Of a stretch of 64,000 bases of DNA, positions 1 through 10,022 are shown one piece after another (the first letter of the stretch is position 1; each line of letters opens with the position of its first letter). Below the pieces are notes generated by a model that made no database searches, was not told where the DNA came from, and saw nothing but the letters and a program-made list of their open reading frames with translations. The DNA is from Ilumatobacter sp. (GTDB taxonomy: Bacteria > Actinomycetota > Acidimicrobiia > Acidimicrobiales > Ilumatobacteraceae), in NCBI RefSeq assembly GCF_041688325.1, contig NZ_JBDNIJ010000042.1:4003-68002 (forward strand), given 5' to 3'. Both the position numbers and the translations under genes were made by a program.

Positions 1-2
1 TT

Positions 3-179
3 GGTCACCCGGACCACGGCAGTGCCCTGGTGATCGGTGAAGCCGTCGAGTTCCACATCGACGCAAAACTGCTCGACGGCACGCGCATTGATCAGTTCGA
101 TCTGAAAGCCGTCGGACGCCACGTTGGCAACGCATACAGCCACTCCACGGACCTGTTCGAGATCGTTCGGCCCGATTGA
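3..179 (+). CDS. 3' end of a flavin reductase-like (FMN-binding split-barrel) protein; 5' part lies outside the window
   Basis: Own translation of frame 3: GHPDHGSALVIGEAVEFHIDAKLLDGTRIDQFDLKAVGRHVGNAYSHSTDLFEIVRPD, then TGA at 177-179. The C-terminal pattern resembles flavin reductase domain proteins as I remember them. Confidence 0.4.
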   Translation, partial: GHPDHGSALVIGEAVEFHIDAKLLDGTRIDQFDLKAVGRHVGNAYSHSTDLFEIVRPD

Positions 180-240
180 TGGTCGACCCGTCGGGATGAC
201 GCTCGGTTGACGGCTTCGGCCGATTCCTGTAGTTTCCTTT

Positions 241-681
241 TTGGTTAATCAACCAACAAGGAAAGTACAGATGCCGCCGAGCGCAGCAACAGCAGTAATC
301 CAGAACAGGTTGGATGAGGCAGACCGGTTGAGTGAGACGTTTGCTGCGCTGGCGAACTCGACGCGCCGCGCGATCCTGGGCCAACTGATGCACGGCGCAG
401 CGACCGTCAACGATTTGGCTGCGCCGTTCGACATGACCTTGCCAGCGATCTCGAAACACATCAAGGTGCTCGAACGGGCTGGCTTGATCACCCGTGGCCG
501 CCAAGCGCAGTTTCGACCATGCGCCATTGACGGCGCTCCCCTCCTCGAAGTCGCTACCTGGGCAGAGCAGTACCGCGCGATCTGGGAAGGTCGCTTCGAT
601 CGCATGGCCGACTATCTCGAAGTTCTGCAGCTCGATCGACCGCAGTCTCCCCACACCAGCGAAGCGCAACAAAAGAACTGA
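241..681 (+). CDS. ArsR/SmtB family transcriptional regulator
   Basis: 146-aa ORF. LANSTRRAILGQLMHGAATVNDLAAPFDMTLPAISKHIKVLERAGLI is a typical ArsR winged-helix signature. ATG at 271 is an alternative start. Confidence 0.85.
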   Translation: MVNQPTRKVQMPPSAATAVIQNRLDEADRLSETFAALANSTRRAILGQLMHGAATVNDLAAPFDMTLPAISKHIKVLERAGLITRGRQAQFRPCAIDGAPLLEVATWAEQYRAIWEGRFDRMADYLEVLQLDRPQSPHTSEAQQKN

Positions 682-689
682 GTATCACC

Positions 690-1181
690 ATGACAAAGTC
701 CACCAGCAGGTCCGTCGTCATCGAGCGCACGTTCGACGCTCCGCGTAGTCTCGTGTGGCAGAAGTGGAACGAATCCGCGCACTTCGCGGCCTGGTATGGC
801 CCGATGGGTGCGTCGATCCCGGTCGCTGAGATGGACGTGAGCATCGGCGGTCGACGCCACATCTGCATGGCGATGGACACACCGAACGGGCCAATGCAAA
901 TGTGGTTCGTCGGTGAATACGTCGAGATCGTCGATGGTGAACGTCTCGTGTACACGGAGTCGATGTCGGACGCTGACGGCAACGTCGTCGACCCGGCGAG
1001 CATGGGCATGCCTCCCGGCGCGCCGACGACCACACAGATCATCGTCGAACTCAGCGACCTCGGCGGCAAGACGAAGATGGTCATGACGCACGAGGGTGTT
1101 CCTGCCGACAGCCCTGGCGCAATGGGATGGGGCATGGCTCTCGACAAGCTCGAGGCACGTGTTGGCGAACTCGCGAGCTGA
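690..1181 (+). CDS. SRPBCC/AHSA1 (activator of Hsp90 ATPase-like, START fold) family protein
   Basis: 163-aa ORF 9 nt after the ArsR gene. SRSVVIERTFDAPRSLVWQKWNESAHFAAWYGP fits the AHSA1-like family, which is commonly paired with ArsR regulators. Confidence 0.7.
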   Translation: MTKSTSRSVVIERTFDAPRSLVWQKWNESAHFAAWYGPMGASIPVAEMDVSIGGRRHICMAMDTPNGPMQMWFVGEYVEIVDGERLVYTESMSDADGNVVDPASMGMPPGAPTTTQIIVELSDLGGKTKMVMTHEGVPADSPGAMGWGMALDKLEARVGELAS

Positions 1182-1223
1182 AACTTGCCGCAAAGGGGCT
1201 GTCGTGCGGCAGAATAGGGAGCG

Positions 1224-1493
1224 ATGGAGTTCTGGAAGCCGCACAAGCTCGCCTCGCCGCATGACGGCCAGATTTTTCTCAAGATGAACGACAAGGTCCG
1301 AACGACCGCCGAGGTTCATGGCGTTCCTGTCGGTACCGAGGGCAAGGTCATCCTCGCCAATGGGTTCAACTGGCAGCGCTATCGCGTGCTGTTCGAGAAC
1401 GGCGCCGAAGTCGGCGATCTCGATCACCGCAACATCGAACCGATTGGCCGCACGGCAAAACGCCTCGCCAAGCTCGCTGCCAAAGACAGCTGA
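1224..1493 (+). CDS. hypothetical small protein
   Basis: 89-aa ORF with coding-like third-position GC. No motif recognised. Confidence 0.4.
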   Translation: MEFWKPHKLASPHDGQIFLKMNDKVRTTAEVHGVPVGTEGKVILANGFNWQRYRVLFENGAEVGDLDHRNIEPIGRTAKRLAKLAAKDS

Positions 1494-1583
1494 TCCCGGG
1501 CCAACGCTCTGTTGGCTCTACCGATGACCGAGGGTGTGGTAGCGGGTCGAACCATTGATCCCCACCGGTACACTCGGGCCTCT

Positions 1584-3005
1584 GTGAAGAGTTCTGTAGA
1601 AGCCCTCGAGGGCAACCAAGTCAAGCTGTACGTCGAAGTCGAAGAAGCTGAGTTCGACGCCCAGATCGACAAGGCATTCAAGCTGATCGCCAAAGAGGTC
1701 CGACTCCCTGGCTTCCGCCCCGGCAAGGCGCCGCGCAAGGTGCTCGAAGCTCAAGTCGGCAAAGGCCCGGCTCGCGAGCAGGCGCTTCGTGACGGAGTGC
1801 CCGAGTACCTCGCCCGGGCTGTGCGTGAGAATGACGTCGACCTGATTGCGACCCCTCAAGTCGAGATCACCGACGGGCAAGAGTCTGGCCCGGTCGAGTT
1901 CGAAGCCACGTGCACGATCCGTCCGATCGTCGAAGTGCCCGGCTACGACTCCCTCACGATCGAACTCCCGGTTCTTGACGTCACCGAGGCAGATCTCGAC
2001 GAGGCTCGTCAGGCTGAGCTCCGCAAGAGTGGCTCGCTCGTCGACGCCGATCGTCCGGCCGAAATTGGCGACTTCGTCACGCTTGATCTCGCGGCGTCTC
2101 GCGACGGCGAAGAAGTCATCGGTCTCAACACCGAAGACTGGAACTACGAACTCGGCCAAGGTTGGGTCACTGACGACTTTGATGAGCAGCTCACCGGCGC
2201 CTCAACTGGCGACGAACTGGCCTTCACTTCATCGCCAAAGGGCACCGAAGAGGAAGCCGACTTTACCGTCAAGGTCACCTTGGTCCAGAAGATGGAAATG
2301 CCAGAACTCACCGACGAGTGGGTCTCTGACAACACAGGCGAGTTCGACACGATCGACGCGTGGAGCGCTTCGCTCAAGGAGTCGATGCAGGAAGTCAAAC
2401 TCAACCGGATGCGTCAGGGCCTGGTCACCAAGATCACGACCGCCCTCACCGGACTGACCGAGATCGAAGCACCCTTGTCGATGGTCGATTCCGATCTCAA
2501 CCAGCGTGTGCAGAACACGATGCAACAGTTCCAGGCGCAGGGCATCGACTTTGCTCAGTGGATGCAGGCGACAGGCCAAGCGCCCGAGCAGTTCATCGAG
2601 TCGATGCGCGGCCAGTCCGAAGATGCCGTCAAATCTGACCTCGCGCTGCGTGCGGTAGCGGTTGCTCAAGCGTTCGTTGTCGAAGACCACGAACTTGAGG
2701 GTGAATACGCCCGGATGGCAATGCAGTACGGCCAGAAGGCCAAGGAAATCCGTCGGGCCTACGAGCAGAACGACGCCGTCCCTGAGCTGCTCGCGCAGAT
2801 CAAGAAGAACAAGGCGCTCGACTGGCTCGTCCACAATGTCAACTTCGTCGACGAAGATGGCACTGCAATGGACCAAGACCTCGTTCTCGGCCATACTCAC
2901 GACGAAGACGGCAATCACGTCCACGATCACTCCAGTGATGCAGCTGAGACGGCTGACCAGAACGACGACACGGACGCAACGTCCGAGGAAGCAGACGAGT
3001 CATGA
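1584..3005 (+). CDS. tig: trigger factor
   Basis: [23 protein letters not shown]...[15 protein letters not shown] carries the trigger-factor GFRxGxxP ribosome-binding signature, and clpP-clpX follow. The track ORF opens at 1512, but GTG 1584 aligns with the canonical N-terminus. Confidence 0.9.
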   Translation: MKSSVEALEGNQVKLYVEVEEAEFDAQIDKAFKLIAKEVRLPGFRPGKAPRKVLEAQVGKGPAREQALRDGVPEYLARAVRENDVDLIATPQVEITDGQESGPVEFEATCTIRPIVEVPGYDSLTIELPVLDVTEADLDEARQAELRKSGSLVDADRPAEIGDFVTLDLAASRDGEEVIGLNTEDWNYELGQGWVTDDFDEQLTGASTGDELAFTSSPKGTEEEADFTVKVTLVQKMEMPELTDEWVSDNTGEFDTIDAWSASLKESMQEVKLNRMRQGLVTKITTALTGLTEIEAPLSMVDSDLNQRVQNTMQQFQAQGIDFAQWMQATGQAPEQFIESMRGQSEDAVKSDLALRAVAVAQAFVVEDHELEGEYARMAMQYGQKAKEIRRAYEQNDAVPELLAQIKKNKALDWLVHNVNFVDEDGTAMDQDLVLGHTHDEDGNHVHDHSSDAAETADQNDDTDATSEEADES

Positions 3006-3652
3006 ACTTCGATCCCCGCGCCGCGTACGGTGCGCAGAGCTACCTGGTCCCGAACGTCATTGAGCAAACCAGTCGTGGTGAGCGCGCGTCCGACCTCTAC
3101 AGTCGGATGCTCAAAGACAACATCATCTTCCTGCAGACGCCGGTCGACGACCAGATCGCCAGCCTCATCTCGGCACAGCTGATCCACCTCGAGTCGGAGA
3201 ATCCCGACAAGGACATCAGCATCTATATCAACAGCCCCGGCGGCGACATCACCGCACTGTTCGCGATCTACGACACGATGCAGTTCATCAAGAACGACAT
3301 TGCCACGATCTGTCTCGGCCAGGCCGCATCCGCAGCCGCCGTGCTGCTCGCTGCTGGTACCAAGGGGAAGCGTCTCGCACTGCCGCACTCACGAGTGCTG
3401 CTGCACCAGCCCTCCGGCCAGGTTGGCTACGGCCAGGTCACCGATCTTGAGCTCGCTGCGAAGGAAATTCTGCGCATGCGCGAGATCCTCGATGGCATCC
3501 TCGCCAAGCACACAGGTCAGCCGATCGAACGCATCCATGCTGACACTGACCGCGATTTCGTGATGGAAGCGAATGAGGCTCTGGAGTATGGCATCATCGA
3601 TACGGTGATCACGTCCCGTGAGAGCGTGAACCGGGAAGGCCCGATTCGCTGA
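3002..3652 (+). CDS. clpP: ATP-dependent Clp protease proteolytic subunit
   Basis: 216 aa with [32 protein letters not shown] (catalytic Ser) and LLHQP. ATGA overlap with the tig stop. Confidence 0.95.
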   Translation: MNFDPRAAYGAQSYLVPNVIEQTSRGERASDLYSRMLKDNIIFLQTPVDDQIASLISAQLIHLESENPDKDISIYINSPGGDITALFAIYDTMQFIKNDIATICLGQAASAAAVLLAAGTKGKRLALPHSRVLLHQPSGQVGYGQVTDLELAAKEILRMREILDGILAKHTGQPIERIHADTDRDFVMEANEALEYGIIDTVITSRESVNREGPIR

Positions 3653-3761
3653 CACTGCGAAAGGTGGGGTCCGCGATCGGGGGGCGCGGGTGGGGCACAA
3701 TATCCCGCCCCGGGTTCGGTCGGGGTCAATGCAAACGACAAGTCCTTGAGGGGTAGCAACA

Positions 3762-5039
3762 GTGGCGAAATTCGGTGAGACCGGCGAACTGTTGAAATGC
3801 TCGTTCTGCGGTAAGTCGCAAAAGCAGGTCAAGAAGCTCATTGCCGGTCCAGGTGTCTATATCTGCGACGAATGCATCGACCTCTGCAACGAGATCATCG
3901 AAGAAGAACTCACCGAAACCGCTGAGCTCAGCTTCGACAATCTGCCGAACCCACGTGAAGTGCGTGCGTTCCTCGACGATTACGTCGTCGGTCAGATCGA
4001 AGCGAAGAAGATCCTGGCCGTGTCGGTGTACAACCACTACCGACGAATCCAGTATCAGAGCCAGGCCACCACGGTTGGCCGGCGTGACGACGTTGAACTG
4101 GCCAAGTCCAACATTCTCCTACTCGGTCCAACCGGTTGCGGCAAGACCCATCTGGCTCAGACGCTGGCTCGTCAGCTGAACGTTCCGTTCGCAGTTGCTG
4201 ACGCCACGGCACTGACCGAAGCGGGCTACGTCGGCGAAGACGTCGAGAATATTCTGCTGAAGCTGATCCAGGCTGCTGACTTCGACGTCAAGCGCGCCGA
4301 GACCGGGATCGTCTACATCGATGAAATCGACAAGGTCGCGCGCAAGAGCGAGAACCCATCGATCACCCGTGACGTGTCCGGCGAGGGTGTGCAACAGGCG
4401 CTCCTCAAGATTCTCGAAGGCACGCAGGCATCAGTACCGCCTCAGGGCGGCCGTAAGCATCCGCACCAGGAATTCATCCAGATCGACACCACCAACGTGC
4501 TGTTCATTCTCGGTGGTGCATTCGCTGGGCTGGAAAAGATCATCGAGCAGCGCATTGGTCACAAGGGCATCGGCTTTAACGCCACCGTCCAGTCGTCCGA
4601 AGACAGAGATCCAGGCGAGCTGTTTGCTCAGGTCCTGCCCGAAGATCTCGTGAAATTCGGCATGATTCCGGAGTTCATCGGTCGCCTCCCGATGGTCGGC
4701 GCTGTCCGCAGCCTCGATAAAGCGGCACTGGTGTCGATTCTCACTGAGCCGAAGAACAGCCTGGTCAAGCAATACTGCAAGGTGTTCAGTTTCGAAGACG
4801 TCGAGCTCGAGTTCACCGAAGACGGCCTCGACGCGATCGCTGACCAAGCCTTGCTTCGGGCGACCGGCGCCCGTGGCCTTCGTGCGATTATGGAAGAAGT
4901 CCTGCTCGACACGATGTACGAGCTGCCGGGCCGCGACGACGTCAGCAAGGTCGTCATCGATCGCGCCGTCGTTATCGACAAGGTCAACCCGACGCTGGTA
5001 CCCAAGAAGGCCCAGCGCCAGCGAAAAGCTGCGAGCTAG
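3762..5039 (+). CDS. clpX: ATP-dependent Clp protease ATP-binding subunit ClpX
   Basis: 425 aa. N-terminal zinc ribbon [27 protein letters not shown], Walker A GPTGCGKT, Walker [10 protein letters not shown]. Confidence 0.97.
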   Translation: MAKFGETGELLKCSFCGKSQKQVKKLIAGPGVYICDECIDLCNEIIEEELTETAELSFDNLPNPREVRAFLDDYVVGQIEAKKILAVSVYNHYRRIQYQSQATTVGRRDDVELAKSNILLLGPTGCGKTHLAQTLARQLNVPFAVADATALTEAGYVGEDVENILLKLIQAADFDVKRAETGIVYIDEIDKVARKSENPSITRDVSGEGVQQALLKILEGTQASVPPQGGRKHPHQEFIQIDTTNVLFILGGAFAGLEKIIEQRIGHKGIGFNATVQSSEDRDPGELFAQVLPEDLVKFGMIPEFIGRLPMVGAVRSLDKAALVSILTEPKNSLVKQYCKVFSFEDVELEFTEDGLDAIADQALLRATGARGLRAIMEEVLLDTMYELPGRDDVSKVVIDRAVVIDKVNPTLVPKKAQRQRKAAS

Positions 5040-5129
5040 AGGGCTTCGCCCGAGCGTTCCAAGCACGACTTCGTCGTGCGTCACTGTCTCAGTACGCCCC
5101 TAGATTCTTACCTGTGAGATCTGACTCTG

Positions 5130-6431
5130 ATGAATACTGACTTCACCTACGAGACAGCGCTTGCGTATCTCGACGACCACGCCTCGTACCAGAAGACGGG
5201 TCGGATCGATTCGCCGTCCACCGATGTGATCGAGGCGTTCTGCTCGGTCATGGGCGACCCGCAGCACTGTGCGCCGGTGATTCACGTCACCGGCACGAAC
5301 GGCAAGGGCTCAACCGTTCAAATGATTTCGCGGATGCTCGCCGCTGCCGGCCTGAGCGTCGGCACTTACACGAGTCCCCATCTTGAGCGAGTCAACGAAC
5401 GGATGCGTCGCAACGGCGAGTCGATCAGCGACGAGGAGTTCGCCGAGCAGATCGCCGCGATCGCCGACCTCGAAGCGGTCGTCGGAATGCGTCCCAGCTA
5501 CTTCGAAATCATGACCGCTGCTGCTTTCCGTTGGTTCGCCGACCTTGCTGTCGACGTCATGGTGATCGAGGTCGGAATCCTCGGCAGGTGGGACGCGACC
5601 AACGTCGTCAACCCAGTCGTCGCGGTCGTCACGAACATTGGTATGGACCACATGGAGTTCGCCGGGCCGACACTGGCTCACATCGCTACCGAGAAGGCCG
5701 GCATCATTAAGCCTGGCTGCGCCGCAGTCATCGGTGAGACCCGGCCGGATCTCGTCGAGATCTTCCAAAACGCCGGCGCCGCCACGACCATCGTGCGCGG
5801 TGAAGACTTCGACGTCGACAGTAACGCTCTGGCGGTCGGGGGTCGCGTCCTCGACCTCCGCACCCCGACGACGCTCTATCCCGATGTCTTCGTCCCGCTG
5901 CATGGCGCCTATCAGGGTGTCAATGCTGCTGTCGCACTCACGGCCGTCGAGGTGTTCTTCGCCAATCCGCCTTCCGGTGACATCGTCACTGAAGGAATGT
6001 CCGAAGTGTCGATGCCTGGCCGGTTCGAAGTGCTCGGCCGTCAGCCGCTCACGATCATCGACGGTGCACACAACCCGGTCGGTGCTGACACTTGCGCACA
6101 GGTCTTCTTCGATGATTTCCATCCGGAAGGGCGACGCCTCCTCGTGTTCGGCACGCTGCGCGAGCCGGGCGAAATGCTCGCGGCGCTGCGCGCTGACGAA
6201 TTCGATGCCGTGTTTGCCTGCACCGCTCCGTCGCCGCGTGGCGTGCCGGCAGCGCAGGTCGTTGCTGCCGCAAAAGAACTCGGCTGCGAAAATGTTTCCG
6301 CATACGACACGGTCGCGGAAGCGTGCCGCCGTGCGCTTGAGTACGCCGACGGCGACGATGCAGTCCTCGTCTGCGGCAGTCTCTACACGGCCGGCGAAGC
6401 TCGCCCCGTGGTCCAGCGCCACTCCAACTGA
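5130..6431 (+). CDS. folC: bifunctional folylpolyglutamate synthase / dihydrofolate synthase
   Basis: 433 aa. Mur-ligase P-loop HVTGTNGKGST and overall FolC-like layout. Confidence 0.9.
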   Translation: MNTDFTYETALAYLDDHASYQKTGRIDSPSTDVIEAFCSVMGDPQHCAPVIHVTGTNGKGSTVQMISRMLAAAGLSVGTYTSPHLERVNERMRRNGESISDEEFAEQIAAIADLEAVVGMRPSYFEIMTAAAFRWFADLAVDVMVIEVGILGRWDATNVVNPVVAVVTNIGMDHMEFAGPTLAHIATEKAGIIKPGCAAVIGETRPDLVEIFQNAGAATTIVRGEDFDVDSNALAVGGRVLDLRTPTTLYPDVFVPLHGAYQGVNAAVALTAVEVFFANPPSGDIVTEGMSEVSMPGRFEVLGRQPLTIIDGAHNPVGADTCAQVFFDDFHPEGRRLLVFGTLREPGEMLAALRADEFDAVFACTAPSPRGVPAAQVVAAAKELGCENVSAYDTVAEACRRALEYADGDDAVLVCGSLYTAGEARPVVQRHSN

Positions 6432-6569
6432 CCCCCTCAACCCAAAAAACCTGGAGTCAAGTTTTGCGTGAGCGAGTGAGGCGTCGTTTCCTGCAATCGC
6501 TCACACAAAACTGGGAGTCGAGTTGTGCGTGAGCGCGCGATGCAGGCGGTAACGATAGCGTCGTCGCCC

Positions 6570-6980
6570 ATGTCTGATCGCACACTCGTCCTCCTGAAGC
6601 CCGACACCGTGGAGCGCAAGCTCATGGGTCAAGTGATCTCCCGCTTCGAAGCCAAGAACCTCGACATCGTTGCTCTGGAGCTCCGTCAGCTCGACGCGGA
6701 CACGCTTGCGCGTCACTACGAAGAGCACGTTGGTAAGGGCTTTTACGGCGAGCTCGTCGAGTTCATGAGCCGGGGCCCGGTCGTCGCCATCGTGGTCGAA
6801 GGTCCCGAAGACACGTGGGAAGTCGTCCGCACCATGGTGGGTGCCACCAACCCGCGCGGCGCCGCACCCGGGACCATCCGCGGCGACCTGGGCATCCTCT
6901 TTACCGAGAACCTTGTGCACGGCAGCGACTCGCTCGAGTCGGCTCAGCGTGAAATCGGTATCTTCTTCCCGAATCTGTAA
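6570..6980 (+). CDS. ndk: nucleoside-diphosphate kinase
   Basis: MSDRTLVLLKPD N-terminus and NLVHGSDS active-site His motif. The track ORF opens at 6525, but ATG 6570 gives the canonical N-terminus. Confidence 0.95.
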   Translation: MSDRTLVLLKPDTVERKLMGQVISRFEAKNLDIVALELRQLDADTLARHYEEHVGKGFYGELVEFMSRGPVVAIVVEGPEDTWEVVRTMVGATNPRGAAPGTIRGDLGILFTENLVHGSDSLESAQREIGIFFPNL

Positions 6981-7105
6981 CATTCGACAGCCCTGGTACT
7001 GTTCGGGGTGAGAATTTCGGCGGCCTCGTCTTGCTGGCGGGATCGTCGGTGCCTGACAAAACTCGAACCTATTCGGACTACAGCTCGTGAAGGGAAGGCC
7101 AGATC

Positions 7106-8140
7106 ATGGCCCGTAACAATCCACTCAGCCTGGGGCGTGATCTCGCGATCGACCTCGGTACGGCGAACACACTTATTTATGTGCGTGGCCAAGGGATTGT
7201 GCTTGACGAGCCGTCTGTCGTTGCTATCAACGCCAACGACGGTCGACCCGTTGCTGTTGGTCTCGAAGCGAAGCGCATGATTGGCCGTACACCCAACCAC
7301 ATCAAGGCCATCCGGCCGCTCAAAGACGGCGTCATTGCCGACTTCGAGGTGTGCGAGAAGATGCTGCGCTACTTCATCCAGAAGGTGCACGCATCGAAGT
7401 GGAGCAAGCCGCGCATGGTCATTTGTGTGCCATCCGGCATCACCGGTGTCGAGCAGCGCGCCGTGCAAGATGCAGCCGAATACGCCGGTGCCCGCAAGCC
7501 GGTGCACATCATCGAAGAGCCAATGGCGGCTGCGATCGGCGCCGACCTGCCGGTGCACGAGCCGTCCGGTAACATGATCGTCGACATCGGCGGTGGCACG
7601 ACTGAGGTCGCCGTCATCTCGCTTGGTGGCATCGTCACAGCGCAGTCGGTGCGTGTTGCCGGCGACGAACTCGACGAGGCCGTCATGCAATACATCAAGA
7701 AAGAGTTCTCGTTGGCGATCGGCGAACGCACCGCCGAGGAGATCAAAATCCAAATGGGTTCTGCGTGGCCCATGGAACAAGAGATCACCGCCGACATCCG
7801 CGGCCGCGACCTCATTTCGGGCTTACCACGCACCCTGCAAGTGACCACCGAACACATCCGCGAGGCCCTTGCCGAGCCAATCAATGCGATCATCGACGCA
7901 GTGAAGATGACCCTCGACAAGACACCGCCTGAACTCGCTGCCGACATTATGCAAGACGGCATCATGCTCACCGGCGGGGGCGCCCTGCTCGGCGGAATCG
8001 ACCAGCGGCTTGCCCACGAAACCGGCATGCCTATCCGTATCGCCGACGAGCCGCTGTACAGCGTCGTCGTCGGTTCCGGCCGTGCACTCGAGAACATTGA
8101 TGCAATGCGCGGGCTGATGTCGCTCGGAGGGGAACGCTGA
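7106..8140 (+). CDS. mreB: rod shape-determining protein MreB
   Basis: 344-aa actin-like ATPase with [11 protein letters not shown] and [17 protein letters not shown]. Confidence 0.97.
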   Translation: MARNNPLSLGRDLAIDLGTANTLIYVRGQGIVLDEPSVVAINANDGRPVAVGLEAKRMIGRTPNHIKAIRPLKDGVIADFEVCEKMLRYFIQKVHASKWSKPRMVICVPSGITGVEQRAVQDAAEYAGARKPVHIIEEPMAAAIGADLPVHEPSGNMIVDIGGGTTEVAVISLGGIVTAQSVRVAGDELDEAVMQYIKKEFSLAIGERTAEEIKIQMGSAWPMEQEITADIRGRDLISGLPRTLQVTTEHIREALAEPINAIIDAVKMTLDKTPPELAADIMQDGIMLTGGGALLGGIDQRLAHETGMPIRIADEPLYSVVVGSGRALENIDAMRGLMSLGGER

Positions 8141-8185
8141 CCGTCTTCGGACTGGGTCGGTCCCTGATTCCGGGAACCTTCTGAC

Positions 8186-9346
8186 ATGGCGATATACACC
8201 GTCGGCCGCCGACGAGTCATTTTTGCGCTTCTCCTCACGTGTGCACTGCTGCTTACCCTTGATTTGCGCGGCAACCCTGTCCTCGACCGCGTTCGCGACG
8301 GGTTCTCGAGGGCAATGAGCCCTGTTGAGTCGGCCACGGACGTGATCACGACTCCACTCGGGCGTGCATGGAACGGCATCACAAAATTCGACGATCTTGA
8401 ACGTGAGAACCAGGCGCTTCACGACCAGGTCGATCGACTGATTGGGACACAGGCCACGGCACGCCTCAGTGTCGAGGAGTACCAGGAGCTGTTGGCGCTC
8501 CTCAGCCTGGACTCGCTGGCTGGCATTCCGACCGAAGTCGCCAAAGTCGTGGGTGCATCGTCAAACAACCTCGATCAAATCATTGAGATCAACAAGGGCC
8601 GCAGCTCTGGGTTCAAGGTTGGTATGCCGGTCGTCAACCAGGCGGGTCTCATCGGCAAGATCACCAGCGTCACCGACAACACTGCCAAGGTGTTGCTGAT
8701 CACCGATGCGCGTTACGCCGTCCCTGTTCGTGTGCTTGGTGCACCGGAGGCCGACAGCATCCCGACCAACACCAATCCTTCAGGTCAGACGAACGAGGAG
8801 TTGAAGGACCTGGTCGCCACGACAGCGGGGCCGTCCACGACGCTCGTGACCGATGTGCTCAACACGGGGACCACCCTGCCGCAGAATGACTCGGGCTCCG
8901 TCACCGTCGCAGAAGATGGCACGATCGTGACCGACCCGGCCGCGCCCGGTGACGAGGCCCTCAAACCAACCGTCGGCGATACACCAATCGGTCTCGATGA
9001 TTCGACGGATCTGGTTGTCGCGACCACGACCACGACTACCGTTCTGGCACTCGCGGCCAAGGAGTTCGGAGCACTGGAAGGCCGTGGCCGAGGTCTCATC
9101 CCGCAGATCCGTTTCCTCCAGGACAACCCGAGCATCGCGGTCCTCCAAGCGGGAGATCTGGTCGTGACCGCCGGCGGCTTCGACAGCCTTGCCCCGCCGG
9201 ACATCCCCGTTGGTGTCGTGATCAATCGTGCCGACCGTTCAGGTCCCGGTGGTCCCCTGCTCGACGTACTTCCGTATGCCGACGTCACAAAGCTGAACTT
9301 CATTCGCGTCGTTAAGTACACCCCGCTGTCCGAAGTCGAGCAGTGA
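8186..9346 (+). CDS. mreC: rod shape-determining protein MreC
   Basis: 386 aa directly after mreB. N-terminal TM helix, coiled-coil segment (ERENQALHDQVDRL), C-terminal beta-barrel region. Contains a Thr/Pro-rich low-complexity insert. Confidence 0.85.
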   Translation: MAIYTVGRRRVIFALLLTCALLLTLDLRGNPVLDRVRDGFSRAMSPVESATDVITTPLGRAWNGITKFDDLERENQALHDQVDRLIGTQATARLSVEEYQELLALLSLDSLAGIPTEVAKVVGASSNNLDQIIEINKGRSSGFKVGMPVVNQAGLIGKITSVTDNTAKVLLITDARYAVPVRVLGAPEADSIPTNTNPSGQTNEELKDLVATTAGPSTTLVTDVLNTGTTLPQNDSGSVTVAEDGTIVTDPAAPGDEALKPTVGDTPIGLDDSTDLVVATTTTTTVLALAAKEFGALEGRGRGLIPQIRFLQDNPSIAVLQAGDLVVTAGGFDSLAPPDIPVGVVINRADRSGPGGPLLDVLPYADVTKLNFIRVVKYTPLSEVEQ

Positions 9347-9377
9347 AGGGCGCAAGCCCAGCACGGAACGCCGGCTG

Positions 9378-9917
9378 ATGCTTGCTGCGATCTGGCAAGG
9401 CCCGTTCATCCGACTCGTTCCAGTCGGCATGGTGCTGCTCGCACTGCAACGATCGCTGTTCGTTGAAATCACCATCGCTGGGGTGATCATTCAGGTCGTC
9501 CTCGCACTCGCTGCGGCTGCCGGAGCGGCGGCTGGTTCGGAGCGGGGTGCAATCGCCGGGTTCACGCTCGGCGTGATGTACGACATGGTCGAAGGGCTCC
9601 CGATCGGCTCAACGGCAATCGCCATGACACTGGCCGGTGCCGTCGCCGGGCTACTTGCGTTGATCGTTGCCGACCCGCAGTGGTGGCTGGCGATGATGTT
9701 CACCACCCTCGGAGCAGCGGTTGGCGAAGTGATGCTCCCTGTTGTCCGCCTGTTCACTGGCGTCGCCGATCCATTCGAGCCACGTCTGACGATCATTGTC
9801 CCCGTGGTTGCTATTGCCGCGGGCCTCTTGAGCCCGGTCTTCGTACCGTTGGCGCGCTGGTGTCTTCGGATCAAGCGCGCCGAGTGGGTGGCGCCGCTGC
9901 GCGAGCCGGCGCTCTGA
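9378..9917 (+). CDS. mreD: rod shape-determining protein MreD
   Basis: 179-aa polytopic hydrophobic protein in the mreD position of an mreBCD-PBP2-rodA cluster. Confidence 0.75.
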   Translation: MLAAIWQGPFIRLVPVGMVLLALQRSLFVEITIAGVIIQVVLALAAAAGAAAGSERGAIAGFTLGVMYDMVEGLPIGSTAIAMTLAGAVAGLLALIVADPQWWLAMMFTTLGAAVGEVMLPVVRLFTGVADPFEPRLTIIVPVVAIAAGLLSPVFVPLARWCLRIKRAEWVAPLREPAL

Positions 9918-10022
9918 AACGTTCGGTGAACACGCCCAGGCGCGGTCCACGTGGCCGAAGTGGGCAACTACATTACGGTTGTGTGAAGAACGACCGCATT
10001 GAGCTGACGCCGATCCACGTGG

